The position numbers and the translations under genes were made by a program. The notes under the pieces are model-generated. The model ran no database searches and was not told the DNA's origin. It worked only from the letters and a program-made list of their open reading frames with translations. This document shows positions 7,857 through 17,323 of a DNA stretch of 54,893 nt, one piece after another. Origin of the DNA: Acidobacteriota bacterium (GTDB lineage Bacteria; Acidobacteriota; Vicinamibacteria; Vicinamibacterales; CAVVIG01). Within the stretch, counting starts at the first letter, position 1. Every line of letters begins with the position of its first letter. The DNA is taken from the NCBI GenBank assembly GCA_023265155.1, contig JAHFUL010000003.1:7915-62807 (forward strand), in the 5' to 3' direction.

Positions 7857-8756
7857 GTGGAAACGTTCCTCCAGCAGCTCATCAACGGTTTTTCACTCGG
7901 CGCCATTTACGCCCTCATCGCCCTCGGGTACACGATGGTGTACGGCGTCCTGCGCCTCATCAATTTTGCTCACGGCGATGTGTACATGCTCGGGGCGTTT
8001 GCGGGATATTTCATCGCCAACGCCCTCGAGCTGGATGCCAATCCGTCGATCTTCGGGACGATCGTCGTGACGATCGGTTCCATGGGGATCTGCGCGTGCA
8101 TCGGCGTGCTCATCGAGCGATTCGCCTATCGGCCGGTCCGGTCCCATTCACGCCTCACGTCGCTCATCACGGCAATCGGCGTCTCGCTGCTCCTCGAGTA
8201 CGGCGGACAGGTGGTCTTCGGAGCAACGCCCCGCTTCTTTCCGCAGATGATTCGCTCCCGCACCTACGCGTTCGGGGGGGTGCAGATCACGAATCAAAGC
8301 CTGCTCATCATCATCGTCGCCGTGGTCGTGATGTTCGGCCTGGAATTCGTGGTGCACCGGACAAAGATCGGCAAGGCCATGCGGGCGACCTCCTTCAACC
8401 TCTCGGTCGCGAAGCTGATGGGCATCAACACGGATTTCGTCATCGCGTTCACCTTCGCCCTGGGGTCGGCGCTGGCGGCGGCCGGAGGTGTGATGGTGGC
8501 CCTGGCGATTCCGAGGATCGACCCGTTGATGGGCCTGATGACCGGACTGAAGGCATTCGTCGCAGCCGTGCTCGGCGGGATCGGCAGCATCCCCGGCGCG
8601 ATGGTGGGCGGAGTCCTCATCGGATTGATGGAAACCTGGCTTGGCGCGACTGCGTACTCGACGTACCGCGACGCGGTGGCCTTCAGCGTGCTCATTCTCA
8701 TCCTGCTGTTCAGACCTGCGGGAATCATGGGGACCGCCACGACAGAGAAGGTCTAG
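7857..8756 (+). CDS. livH: branched-chain amino acid ABC transporter permease
   Basis: Polytopic; LINGFSLGAIYALIALGYTMVYG N-terminus typical of LivH. Confidence 0.88.
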   Translation: METFLQQLINGFSLGAIYALIALGYTMVYGVLRLINFAHGDVYMLGAFAGYFIANALELDANPSIFGTIVVTIGSMGICACIGVLIERFAYRPVRSHSRLTSLITAIGVSLLLEYGGQVVFGATPRFFPQMIRSRTYAFGGVQITNQSLLIIIVAVVVMFGLEFVVHRTKIGKAMRATSFNLSVAKLMGINTDFVIAFTFALGSALAAAGGVMVALAIPRIDPLMGLMTGLKAFVAAVLGGIGSIPGAMVGGVLIGLMETWLGATAYSTYRDAVAFSVLILILLFRPAGIMGTATTEKV

Positions 8757-8760
8757 GTTC

Positions 8761-9813
8761 GTGCGCCTCTCCCGCAAACTGCTCGCCATCGGCCTCGGGA
8801 CCGCAGCCCTGGTCGCGCTCAACCAGATGTTCGAGCACGGCCTCGGCAATTTTCAGATCAATCCCTACTACGCCCGCATCATCAACCTCATTGGCATCAA
8901 CGTCACGCTCGCCGTGAGCCTGAACCTGATCAACGGGCTCGCCGGGCAGTTTTCGATCGGGCACGCGGGATTCATGGCCGTGGGCGGATATACCGCGACC
9001 TACCTCACCGTCTATCACGGGAAGGCGATCGCAGCGCTGGCCGGCAGCACGCTCAGTGACGGCGTGGGCGCGTCGCTCGCGATGGTCGCGAGCCTTGCGG
9101 TCGGAGCGCTCGCAGCGGCGCTGGCGGGATTGCTCGTTGGCATTCCTTCATTACGGCTCAGGGGCGACTATCTGGCGATCGTCACGCTCGGCTTCTCCGA
9201 GATCATCCGCGTCCTCATCCTCAACATCCCGGCGGTCGGCGGCGCCACCGGATTCACCGATGCGATTCCCATCACGAACTTCTTCTGGATTTTCGCCATG
9301 GCCATCCTGACGATCATGGTCGTGCGCAACATCGCGACGTCGACCTTTGGTCATGCGCTCGCGACGATCCGGGGAGACGAGATTGCCGCCGAGGCCATGG
9401 GCATCAACACGACGCGCCACAAGGTGCTCGCCTTCGTCATCAGCGCGGCCTTCGCGGGCGTGGCGGGCGGGCTGTCCGGCCAGTTGTTCGCCAATCCTCT
9501 CAATCCCCAGAACCTCAATTTCGTGAAGTCGATCGAAGTGATCGTCATGATCGTGCTGGGCGGGATCGGCTCGATTACCGGCGCGACCCTCGGAGCCACG
9601 ATTCTGACCGTGCTGCCAGAAGCCCTGCGAACGTTCGATCGGCAGTTTCCCGGACTGCGGATGGTGGTGTATGCCCTGCTGCTCATTCTGATGATGATCT
9701 TCCGGCCGCAAGGCCTGCTCGGGCGGCGGGAGCTCAGCTGGAGTTGGCTGGGAGCCGGCCGCCGAACGAAGCAGCCGATCGGACGATCGGGGACTGGAGG
9801 ACTGGCCAGATGA
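8761..9813 (+). CDS. livM: branched-chain amino acid ABC transporter permease
   Basis: GTG at 8761 directly after the livH stop. The longer ORF from 8641 overlaps livH out of frame. LNLINGLAGQFSIGHAGF motif. Confidence 0.85.
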   Translation: MRLSRKLLAIGLGTAALVALNQMFEHGLGNFQINPYYARIINLIGINVTLAVSLNLINGLAGQFSIGHAGFMAVGGYTATYLTVYHGKAIAALAGSTLSDGVGASLAMVASLAVGALAAALAGLLVGIPSLRLRGDYLAIVTLGFSEIIRVLILNIPAVGGATGFTDAIPITNFFWIFAMAILTIMVVRNIATSTFGHALATIRGDEIAAEAMGINTTRHKVLAFVISAAFAGVAGGLSGQLFANPLNPQNLNFVKSIEVIVMIVLGGIGSITGATLGATILTVLPEALRTFDRQFPGLRMVVYALLLILMMIFRPQGLLGRRELSWSWLGAGRRTKQPIGRSGTGGLAR

Positions 9814-10583
9814 TCGACGCGTCCTCACTTCTCCAGACGCGGAGCGTCACGAAGAGCTTCGGCGGGATCACGGCCGTCAAGACCTTCACGATGGACGTGG
9901 CCCGTGGCGCGCTGTACGGACTCATCGGGCCGAATGGCGCGGGCAAGACCACCGTCTTCAATCTGCTGACCGGGGTGTACGACACGACCGCGGGCGAGAT
10001 CCATTTCGATGGCGCGCGCATCGATGGAAAGAAGCCCTACGCGATCACCCGGTTGGGCATCGCGCGAACGTTTCAGAACATCCGCCTCTTTCCGGACCTG
10101 ACCGTGCTCGAAAACGTCATGGCGGCGCGCCATCTTCGAAGCCGCCAGACCCTTGCCGACGCGGTTTTGGGCACCACCCGCCATCACCGCGAAGAGCAGG
10201 AGTCTCGCGAGCGGGCGATGAGCCTGCTGAAACTGTTCGACCTCGACCAGCTGGCTGACGAGCGCTCCACGAGCCTCCCGTACGGCAGTCAGCGACGGCT
10301 GGAAATTGCGCGCGCCCTGGCCACCGATCCCAAGCTCCTCCTGCTCGACGAACCGGCCGCCGGCATGAACTCGCAGGAGTCGTTCGACCTCATGCACCTG
10401 ATCCGGCGCCTGCGCGACGAGTTCGCGCTGACCATCCTGCTGGTCGAGCACAACATGAAAGTGGTGATGGGCATCTGCGAGACGATTCAGGTGATGGACT
10501 ACGGCGAAGCGATTGCGATCGGCACGCCGCGGGAGATTCAGAAAAACCGGAAGGTCATCGAGGCGTACCTTGGAGGCGGGTAA
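9810..10583 (+). CDS. livG: branched-chain amino acid ABC transporter ATP-binding protein
   Basis: ATGA overlap with the livM stop. Walker A GPNGAGKTT, signature LPYGSQRRLEIA, Walker B LLLLDEP. Confidence 0.9.
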   Translation: MIDASSLLQTRSVTKSFGGITAVKTFTMDVARGALYGLIGPNGAGKTTVFNLLTGVYDTTAGEIHFDGARIDGKKPYAITRLGIARTFQNIRLFPDLTVLENVMAARHLRSRQTLADAVLGTTRHHREEQESRERAMSLLKLFDLDQLADERSTSLPYGSQRRLEIARALATDPKLLLLDEPAAGMNSQESFDLMHLIRRLRDEFALTILLVEHNMKVVMGICETIQVMDYGEAIAIGTPREIQKNRKVIEAYLGGG

Positions 10584-10627
10584 AGGCGTGTCCTGGCTGG
10601 ATCGGAACCGTCACCAAAGACGACGTA

Positions 10628-10808
10628 CACCGCAGAACCCGCAGAGATCGCAGAGACCGGGCGGTCATGCCATCCGTACGACAGGCCTCGTCGTACTCCC
10701 TGCGCGCTCAGCGAGCTCTGCCCTTCGACCCTTCGACGAGCTCAGGGTCGCCCCGAGCCACGTCGAGGGGCGACAAGCTCAGGGCATCCCGAGCCTGCCG
10801 AGGGATGC
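10628..10808. repeat. composite REP cluster inside the livG-livF spacer (families C and B)
   Basis: CGCAGAG triple at 10628-10657, hairpin around 10675-10697, two GAGCC..TCGAGGG-type hairpins at 10738-10774 and 10775-10808. Confidence 0.8.
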
Positions 10809-10857
10809 GGTGATCGTCGACGCCAGCACTGGATCATCATCACCCGTCGATTAGGTC

Positions 10858-11562
10858 ATGCTCACACTCGAGAACCTCAACGTCTTCTACGGCGCGATCC
10901 ACGCTCTGCACGACGTGTCCCTCACGGTCAATGTCGGAGAGGTCGTCACGCTGATCGGGGCGAACGGCGCGGGCAAGTCGACGACGCTCCGCGCGATCAC
11001 GGGGCTGTTGACGCCCAGGAGCGGACGGATCGTCTTCGAGGGTCAAGACATCGCCGGACTGCCAGCGCACACGCTCGTCGCCCGCGGGATCTCGATGGCG
11101 CCCGAGGGCCGCGGCATCTTCGCGAACCTCACCGTCGTCGAGAACCTGGAAATGGGCGCGTACCTGGTGAAGGACTACGCGCAAGTGAAGCGCGACATGG
11201 AGCGCGGGTTCACACTGTTCCCGCGCCTCGAGGAACGCATGAAGCAGCGGGCCGGAACGCTCTCGGGAGGCGAGCAGCAGATGCTGGCCATTGCCCGGGC
11301 GCTCATGTCGCATCCCAAGCTGCTCCTCCTCGATGAGCCGTCACTCGGCCTGGCGCCGCTCGTCTGTCACACGATCTTCACGACCATCGACGAGATCAAG
11401 GCGGCGGGCACCACCGTGCTGCTGGTCGAGCAGAATGCGAACGCTGCGCTCAAACACTCCGACCGGGGCTACGTGCTGGAGACAGGCGAGGTGAGCTTTC
11501 AGGGGACGGCGGCCGCGATCGCCGGCGATCCGCGCGTCCGCGAGGCCTATCTGGGCGAGTAG
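10858..11562 (+). CDS. livF: branched-chain amino acid ABC transporter ATP-binding protein
   Basis: Walker A GANGAGKST, signature LSGGEQQMLAIA, Walker B LLLLDEPS. Confidence 0.9.
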   Translation: MLTLENLNVFYGAIHALHDVSLTVNVGEVVTLIGANGAGKSTTLRAITGLLTPRSGRIVFEGQDIAGLPAHTLVARGISMAPEGRGIFANLTVVENLEMGAYLVKDYAQVKRDMERGFTLFPRLEERMKQRAGTLSGGEQQMLAIARALMSHPKLLLLDEPSLGLAPLVCHTIFTTIDEIKAAGTTVLLVEQNANAALKHSDRGYVLETGEVSFQGTAAAIAGDPRVREAYLGE

Positions 11563-11575
11563 TGCGGCCCGGACT

Positions 11576-11800
11576 TCATGACGCCTGCTCAAGGCAATCA
11601 CCCGAACAGTACGGAGTCACAAGCACGATGAGCCGAACAGGCCGGAATGCTCCCAGTGCTCCTCCGCCTTTTGTTTCGAGCAGGGTCATTCCAACATGAA
11701 GCGGCTGCTGTTCCAGATGACTGGCTCCATGCCAGCTTCCTTGATGACTTCTGCAACGCGCTCCGCCACCTTCAGGGCTTCGGAAGATGAAGATCCGCAA
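11576..11800 (-). pseudogene. decayed N-terminal fragment of a TIR-domain protein (two frameshifts, truncated)
   Basis: Frame A MRIFIF, then frame B SSSSEALKVAERVAEVIKEAGMEPVIWNSS, then frame A VGMTLLETK..RLIVLVTPY..S..CLEQA. This follows the bacterial TIR order: betaA IFISxS, alphaA, G..VW, IVLxSP. Confidence 0.4.
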
Positions 11801-11813
11801 ACACGACTGGCTC

Positions 11814-12902
11814 TTATCGCCTCTGCGCCGCGTAGCGTTTGGTGTATGCGGTTCGACTGTTGGTCACGGTGAAGCTTCCATCGGCCTGTGCCGACAACTT
11901 GATCCAGTTCGCCGCGCCCATGTGGACGGGCGGAGGTTGCGTGGCTGGCGCCGCGGGACGGCTGTCTTCGAGGTTCGCGATAAATGCTTCGGGCCGATTG
12001 TGCTGCTCGCCGCCAGGCACCGAGTAATGATTCTGCCAGAGGTCCTCGAGACCAGGCGACGCGCGGAGAATCTGAAAGGTCTGGATGGCGCCGCCCTTGC
12101 GCGGACCATTGTTCATGATCGCGACGCGCGGCCCAAGCGCGTGAACGAGAGCCTCCGACCCGGACGTCTCGGAACCATGATGCGATACCAAATAGACATC
12201 GACAGTGCCCACGTTGTTGTTGGGACACATGAGGTCGTGCTCCTTGTTCCACGTGAGATCGCCCATGATGACCGTCCGAAACGCGCCGTACGCGACCGAG
12301 AGGCTGACCGAGCGACTGTCCTCTGCGTCGGCCGCCCGACTGGTGATCTCCGGCCCCTGGAACGTGAAGGGGCCACACAAAGCATTCGACATGCCGGCGC
12401 CCTCGAGGGGACTCCGGAGCACTGAGCCGCCCGCCGCAATCACCCGCACGCTCAGGCCAGCGATCGGGATCTTGTCGCCGGGCTGAGCCTCGACGTGAAC
12501 GCCCTGGCGACGGACCTCCGCATACGCCTGAAAGGCCGCCTGCGCGGCGTCGCCCCGATCCACGGTCGTGCCGTGGTCGATGAATCGGCGAAGCGGAAGG
12601 CGCGCAGCCAATTGCGCCGCGCCACCCATGTGGTCGGCATGGAAATGGGTCACGACCAGGTAATCGATCTGCTTGATCCCCGCCTCTCTGGCAACCACCG
12701 CGATGCGATCGGCGTCACGGCCGTCGAAACCCGGCCAGCCGGTGTCAACCAGCATCGATTCGCCCGACGGAGAAACGAAGAGCGTCGCCTCACCGCCCTC
12801 GACGTCGATCACGTACGCGTCGAGTGTTTGGGAGGGCGTCTGGGTGCGAGGGGATGAGCCCAACATACCGACGATCACGAGCGGAATCAGCAGTGAACGC
12901 AT
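11814..12902 (-). CDS. secreted MBL-fold metallo-hydrolase
   Basis: VVTHFHADHMGG metallo-beta-lactamase motif. Signal peptide MRSLLIPLVIVGML at ATG 12902; the longer ORF start at 13043 is unlikely. Confidence 0.8.
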   Translation of the reverse strand: MRSLLIPLVIVGMLGSSPRTQTPSQTLDAYVIDVEGGEATLFVSPSGESMLVDTGWPGFDGRDADRIAVVAREAGIKQIDYLVVTHFHADHMGGAAQLAARLPLRRFIDHGTTVDRGDAAQAAFQAYAEVRRQGVHVEAQPGDKIPIAGLSVRVIAAGGSVLRSPLEGAGMSNALCGPFTFQGPEITSRAADAEDSRSVSLSVAYGAFRTVIMGDLTWNKEHDLMCPNNNVGTVDVYLVSHHGSETSGSEALVHALGPRVAIMNNGPRKGGAIQTFQILRASPGLEDLWQNHYSVPGGEQHNRPEAFIANLEDSRPAAPATQPPPVHMGAANWIKLSAQADGSFTVTNSRTAYTKRYAAQRR

Positions 12903-13286
12903 GGTGGTTTGCCCTACTTGCCAAGAAGCCGTTTGACGGTAATCAGTCAACGGCGGCGATTCTACCAAAGGGCCACGCACAATTGAGATCACACCGAATC
13001 GTTCGTCCGCGATTCGATGTGCCGCGCCGGTCGGCCTGCTCACCAGGCCGACCGCGTCGAGCGCCTGGCGATATCTCGATCCCGATTGTCACACGTCCGT
13101 CTCTGCGTGCTCGGCCGCCTCTGCGTCCCATGTCGTTGTCCTCCTCGTCTTTTGCTCCGTGTTCCTCGCTGGTGGGGCGTTGCTCTTCTGGTTGGCCCAG
13201 TGGCGAAGACTCTCAACGAACGTGTCCCCAGCGCCCCGAAATCGTCTCTGGGGTGCTCTGCGGACTCTGCGCTGTCTGTCCTCTTG

Positions 13287-13925
13287 CTACGCGAGCGCGG
13301 CGAGCAATGCCCTGACCCGCGCTTCCGGATTTCCGGTGGCCAGGAGATCGGAAATCACCGCCACCGCCTCTGCTCCTGCTTGGATCACCGCCGGCGCGCG
13401 CTCCAGCGTGATGCCACCAATGGCCACGAGCGGCAGCGCGCGCGCGCGCGCATGAGCCGACGCCTCGCGGACCCGATCAAGACCGATGGCGTCGTACCCC
13501 GTCTCCTTCGTGGCAGTCCCGAAGACCGGGCCAATGGCGATGTAGTTCACCGGCTCGCCGGCCCCCGCCTGTATCTGACCGACCGTGTGCGTGGAGAGTC
13601 CGACAATTGCCCCGGGACCCGCAACCGATCGCACGAGGCCTGGAGCAAGGTCGTCCTGCCCGACGTGCACACCGTCCGCGGCAGCCAGCCGCGTGATGTC
13701 GGGGCGATCGTTGACGATCACGACCGCACCCGCCGATCGGGCTCGCTCGATCACTGCAAGAGTGGTCTCGAACAGCCAGCGGCTCGACGCGTGCTTGGCC
13801 CGGATCTGCAGCACCCGAGCGCCTCCATCGAGACACGCGGAGGCGAGGTCGACGAGGGTCCATCCCGCGCGCTCGCAGGCATCGGCATCGCAGATCGCGT
13901 GAAGGGGGCTCCTCGGTAGCTTCAT
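13287..13925 (-). CDS. thiE: thiamine-phosphate synthase
   Basis: Start at MKLPRSPLHAICD (ATG 13925). VLQIRAK, VIVNDR, GVHVGQDD, IAIGPVF, VAIGGI motifs. The upstream part of the ORF is translated REP sequence. Confidence 0.88.
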   Translation of the reverse strand: MKLPRSPLHAICDADACERAGWTLVDLASACLDGGARVLQIRAKHASSRWLFETTLAVIERARSAGAVVIVNDRPDITRLAAADGVHVGQDDLAPGLVRSVAGPGAIVGLSTHTVGQIQAGAGEPVNYIAIGPVFGTATKETGYDAIGLDRVREASAHARARALPLVAIGGITLERAPAVIQAGAEAVAVISDLLATGNPEARVRALLAALA

Positions 13926-14025
13926 GAGCGCTGAATTGATGCGGAGATTGACCGGAGAGCACGTTGTTCGACAGGACGTTCGCCGCCGCGCGGACCCGAG
14001 CCGAGGTTTAGCAGTGCTACGACGG

Positions 14026-14088
14026 CAGGACTGAAGTCCTGCGCTACGAGTACGACGCGACTGAAGTCCTGCGCTACGAGTACGACGC
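14026..14088. repeat. REP family A hairpin plus perfect 30-bp tandem duplication
   Basis: GCAGGAC-TGAA-GTCCTGC-GCTACGAG. The unit GACTGAAGTCCTGCGCTACGAGTACGACGC occurs at 14029-14058 and 14059-14088. Confidence 0.9.
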
Positions 14089-14116
14089 GACGAGCCGTCT
14101 CGCTTGGCGGGGATCC

Positions 14117-14184
14117 AATTCCCAATCCCCATCCCCAATCCCTAATCCCTAATCCCTAATCCCCAATCCCTAATCCCCAATCTC
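14117..14184. repeat. 10 x 7-bp tandem repeat (AATCCCT/AATCCCC); the minus strand reads (GGGGATT/AGGGATT)n
   Basis: Read directly. Lies between the accC stop (14185) and the thiE start (13925). Confidence 0.92.
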
Positions 14185-15558
14185 CTAGACCGCTTCGGCC
14201 AGACGCCCGTCTGGACGCGGACGCGCGAGGAATCGTTCCATGAACGAGGTGCTCAGTTTGCCGGCGACGAAGTCGGGATCCACCAGGATGCGCAGGTGCA
14301 TCGGGATGTTGGTCTTGATGCCTTCAACGACCGACATCTCCAGCGTCCGGCGCATGCGCGCGATCGCCTCGGACCTGTCGCGGCCGTGGGTGATGATCTT
14401 GGCGATCATCGAATCGTAGTACGGCGAGATCGTGCACTCGGAATGCGCCAGCGTCTCGACGCGCACGCCTGGGCCGCTCAGCACGCTGAACACGTGGATG
14501 AGACCCGGAGACGGCACGAACGTGTCGGGATCCTCGGCATTCACGCGGCACTCGATGGAGTGCCCGGTGAAGACCACCTCGCTCTGTTTGAACGAGAGGC
14601 GCTCGCCGGCGGCGACGCGGATCTGTTCCTTGACGATGTCGATGCCCGTCACCATCTCGGTCACCGGGTGCTCGACCTGAAGCCGTGTGTTCGCCTCCAT
14701 GAAGTAGAAACGGCCGTCGGGATCCATCAGGAACTCGAACGTCCCGGCGTTCCGGTACTGCACGGCTTTGGCGGCGTCAACGACGATGCCTCCCATTCGC
14801 CGGCGAATCTTCTCGCTCAGCGCGGGCGACGGCGATTCCTCGACGAGCTTCTGATGCCTCCGCTGAATGGAACATTCGCGCTCGCCGAGGTGCACGAGGT
14901 TGCCGTAGTGATCACCGAGGACCTGGAATTCAATGTGGCGCGGCGATTCGACGTACTTTTCGACGTACACGTCGCCCACGCTGAAGGCCGCCTCTGCCTC
15001 GCGCTGTGCGGTTTTGTAGGCCTGCGGCAGCTCCCCCGCAGAGCGGACCACGCGCATGCCGCGTCCGCCCCCGCCGGCTGTCGCCTTGATGATGATCGGA
15101 TAGCCGATATCCTTCGCCACCTTCAGCGCCTTCTCCTCGCTCTCGATCAGACCCTCGCTGCCGGGGAGGATGGGCACGCCGGCTTTCTTCATGACGCGGC
15201 GCGCGCGGGCTTTGTCGCCCATCAAACGGATCACCTGAGGATCGGGACCGATGAACTTGATGTGGCACGCTTCGCAGACTTCCGCGAGATACGCGCTCTC
15301 TGCGAGGAATCCGTAGCCAGGATGGATCGCGTCGGCACCGGTGACTTCGGCCGCACTGATGACCGCCGGCACATTCAGGTAACTGTCGGCGCTGCGGGCC
15401 GGGCCGATGCAGATGTCTTCATCCGCATACCGCACGTGCAGGGAATTCTCGTCCGCCTCCGAGTACACGGCGACCGTCTTGATGCCGAGCTCGCGGCACG
15501 CGAAAATGATTCGCAGGGCCACCTCGCCGCGGTTCGCAATCAGGATTTTCTTGAACAT
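14185..15558 (-). CDS. accC: acetyl-CoA carboxylase biotin carboxylase subunit
   Basis: [17 protein letters not shown]..., ATP-grasp motifs, 457 aa. Immediately follows accB. Confidence 0.96.
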   Translation of the reverse strand: MFKKILIANRGEVALRIIFACRELGIKTVAVYSEADENSLHVRYADEDICIGPARSADSYLNVPAVISAAEVTGADAIHPGYGFLAESAYLAEVCEACHIKFIGPDPQVIRLMGDKARARRVMKKAGVPILPGSEGLIESEEKALKVAKDIGYPIIIKATAGGGGRGMRVVRSAGELPQAYKTAQREAEAAFSVGDVYVEKYVESPRHIEFQVLGDHYGNLVHLGERECSIQRRHQKLVEESPSPALSEKIRRRMGGIVVDAAKAVQYRNAGTFEFLMDPDGRFYFMEANTRLQVEHPVTEMVTGIDIVKEQIRVAAGERLSFKQSEVVFTGHSIECRVNAEDPDTFVPSPGLIHVFSVLSGPGVRVETLAHSECTISPYYDSMIAKIITHGRDRSEAIARMRRTLEMSVVEGIKTNIPMHLRILVDPDFVAGKLSTSFMERFLARPRPDGRLAEAV

Positions 15559-16071
15559 TTATTTCGTCTTGATGGCGAACAGGCGTTCTCCGTATTGCAC
15601 GGGCTGTCCGTTCTCGACGTAGATGCTCATGACCTCGCCGTCGCACTCGGCATCGATTTCGTTCATCAGCTTCATCGCCTCGATGACACAGAGCACCTGC
15701 CCCTTCTTGATCATCGATCCGACGTCGACAAAGGGCGCCGCGCCCGGTTCGGGTGAGCGATAGAACGTTCCGACAATCGGCGACTTGACTACGGCCAGCT
15801 CGATTTCGTCGTCTGCCCCAGGCGCCCCAGGCGCCCCCGGGCTGGGAGCGACAGCAGCCCCACTCTGCACGGCTGACGGCGCGGCCGGCGCCGGCACAGC
15901 AGGAGCAGCGACGGGGGCCGCAAGCACCGGACCCGATCCGGCGGCCGTCACAACCTGGCCGTTGCCCTCCTTGCGGACCTTGAGCCGCAACCCCTCGTGC
16001 TCGATTTCGAACTCGGCGAAATCGTGGTCGCGCACGAGCTTGAGAATCTGGCTCAGTTGGTCAAGGTCCAT
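15559..16071 (-). CDS. accB: acetyl-CoA carboxylase biotin carboxyl carrier protein
   Basis: Pro/Ala linker and the biotinylation motif CVIEAMKLMNEI. Confidence 0.93.
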   Translation of the reverse strand: MDLDQLSQILKLVRDHDFAEFEIEHEGLRLKVRKEGNGQVVTAAGSGPVLAAPVAAPAVPAPAAPSAVQSGAAVAPSPGAPGAPGADDEIELAVVKSPIVGTFYRSPEPGAAPFVDVGSMIKKGQVLCVIEAMKLMNEIDAECDGEVMSIYVENGQPVQYGERLFAIKTK

Positions 16072-16075
16072 CTTG

Positions 16076-16160
16076 TAGATGTAAGAATCTAAGGATTTGA
16101 GGATCTGGATTCCGATTCCTTTGATTCTCAGATCCTTGGATTCTTGGATTCTTTTAGATT
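16076..16160. repeat. low-complexity short-period repeat tract built from GGAT(T/C) words; contains the 16-mer TAAGGATTTGAGGATC
   Basis: Read directly. The 16-mer at 16090-16105 is the reverse complement of the 4558-4589 repeat unit. Confidence 0.85.
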
Positions 16161-17323
16161 TCCAACAGGTCAGTCGTGACGTGCGTCAGCAATTCCACTC
16201 CCGTATCGGTCACCAGCACATCGTCCTCGATTCGGACGCCCGACCAGCCCGGGAAATACGCGCCGGGCTCGATTGTGAACACCATCCCTGGCGCCACCAG
16301 GTCGTCGTGGACAGCGCCTTCCGGGCCTTCCGGGCCTTCCGCGTCCACTCCAGGCCGCCGGCGCGAAATCCGCGGCTCCTCGTGCACTTCGATCCCGAGG
16401 CCGTGCCCGGTGCCGTGGCCGAACGCCTCGGCCATCCCCGCGCCGGCGAGCGAAGCACGAGCCGCGCCGTCGATCTGGAATCTCGAGATGCCCGGCTTGA
16501 CGGCCTCGATTGCCAGATCGTGCGCCTTCAGCACGGCCCCATAGACTTCTCGAGCGCGCGCCGACGCGTGTCCCACCGCCACGGTGCGGGTGAGGTCGAC
16601 GCAGTATGAGTCGTACACGCCGCCAAAGTCCAGCACGACCAGGTCGCCTTCGGCTAACTTTCGCTCTCCAGGTCTCGCGTGGGGCAGCGCCGCGTTTGGT
16701 CCGGCCGCGACGATCGTCTCAAACGCCGACCGCTCGAACCCCGCGTCCCGGATGCGCCAGTCAATCGCCATCGCGACGTCGCGCTCCGTTCGGCCCGGGC
16801 GCACGTCGGCGACCATCGCCGACGCCACGCCCGAGAGCCGGCGGGCGGCTTCCCGGAGCACCATCAGCTCATAGGCATCTTTCCTGACACGCGCCCGTTC
16901 GACGACGCCTTCGGTCGGCACCAGTTCCGGAACGGTCGTCCTCGTGCCAAGGGCGGTCTGCAGCCAGCGATGCCGAGCCACTGACAGATTCGCCGCCTCG
17001 AAACCAATCCGCGCCGATGGCATTCCGGCGAGCAGGTCCGCGAGCGTCAGATCGTAGGTGCTCTCGACGGTCACGAGCTCGAGGCCGGGACATTCGTGAC
17101 CCGTTCCGCGGGTTTCGGACATGGCTGAAACGTATCGGAAGTCGGTGATGAACAGCAGGCGATTGGCCGTCACGACGACGATCCCCGAACTGCCGCTGAA
17201 GTTCGTCAGGTAGAGGATGTTCGGCAGGGCGGTGACGACGAGCGCGTCGAGCGACTGCTCGGCCATCGCACGCCGAATCGTGATGTGACGCTCGTCAAGC
17301 GCGTGGCTGGGTGCGTGCGACAT
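16154..17323 (-). CDS. pepP: Xaa-Pro aminopeptidase (M24B family)
   Basis: Start at MSHAPSHALDERH (ATG 17323). HGTGHGLGIEVHE and MVFTIEPG metal-ligand motifs. The upstream part of the 482-aa ORF is non-coding read-through. Confidence 0.85.
   Translation of the reverse strand: MSHAPSHALDERHITIRRAMAEQSLDALVVTALPNILYLTNFSGSSGIVVVTANRLLFITDFRYVSAMSETRGTGHECPGLELVTVESTYDLTLADLLAGMPSARIGFEAANLSVARHRWLQTALGTRTTVPELVPTEGVVERARVRKDAYELMVLREAARRLSGVASAMVADVRPGRTERDVAMAIDWRIRDAGFERSAFETIVAAGPNAALPHARPGERKLAEGDLVVLDFGGVYDSYCVDLTRTVAVGHASARAREVYGAVLKAHDLAIEAVKPGISRFQIDGAARASLAGAGMAEAFGHGTGHGLGIEVHEEPRISRRRPGVDAEGPEGPEGAVHDDLVAPGMVFTIEPGAYFPGWSGVRIEDDVLVTDTGVELLTHVTTDLLEI

Noticed and set aside
10513-10854. 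113-aa ORF filling the livG-livF spacer.
   Set aside because: It is a translation of stacked REP palindromes (RRTPQNPQRSQRPGG..., ELRVAPSHVEGRQAQGIPSLPRDA). Similar peptide strings arise wherever these REPs occur.
14117-14184. The (CCCTAAT)n tract as a telomere or linear-replicon end.
   Set aside because: It is internal, only ~70 bp long, and flanked on both sides by housekeeping genes (accC, thiE).
13926-14184. TPP riboswitch upstream of thiE.
   Set aside because: The upstream region consists of REP hairpins and the heptamer array. I could not find the conserved CTGAGA / ACCTGATCTGGATAATGCCAGCG-type THI-box elements on the sense strand.
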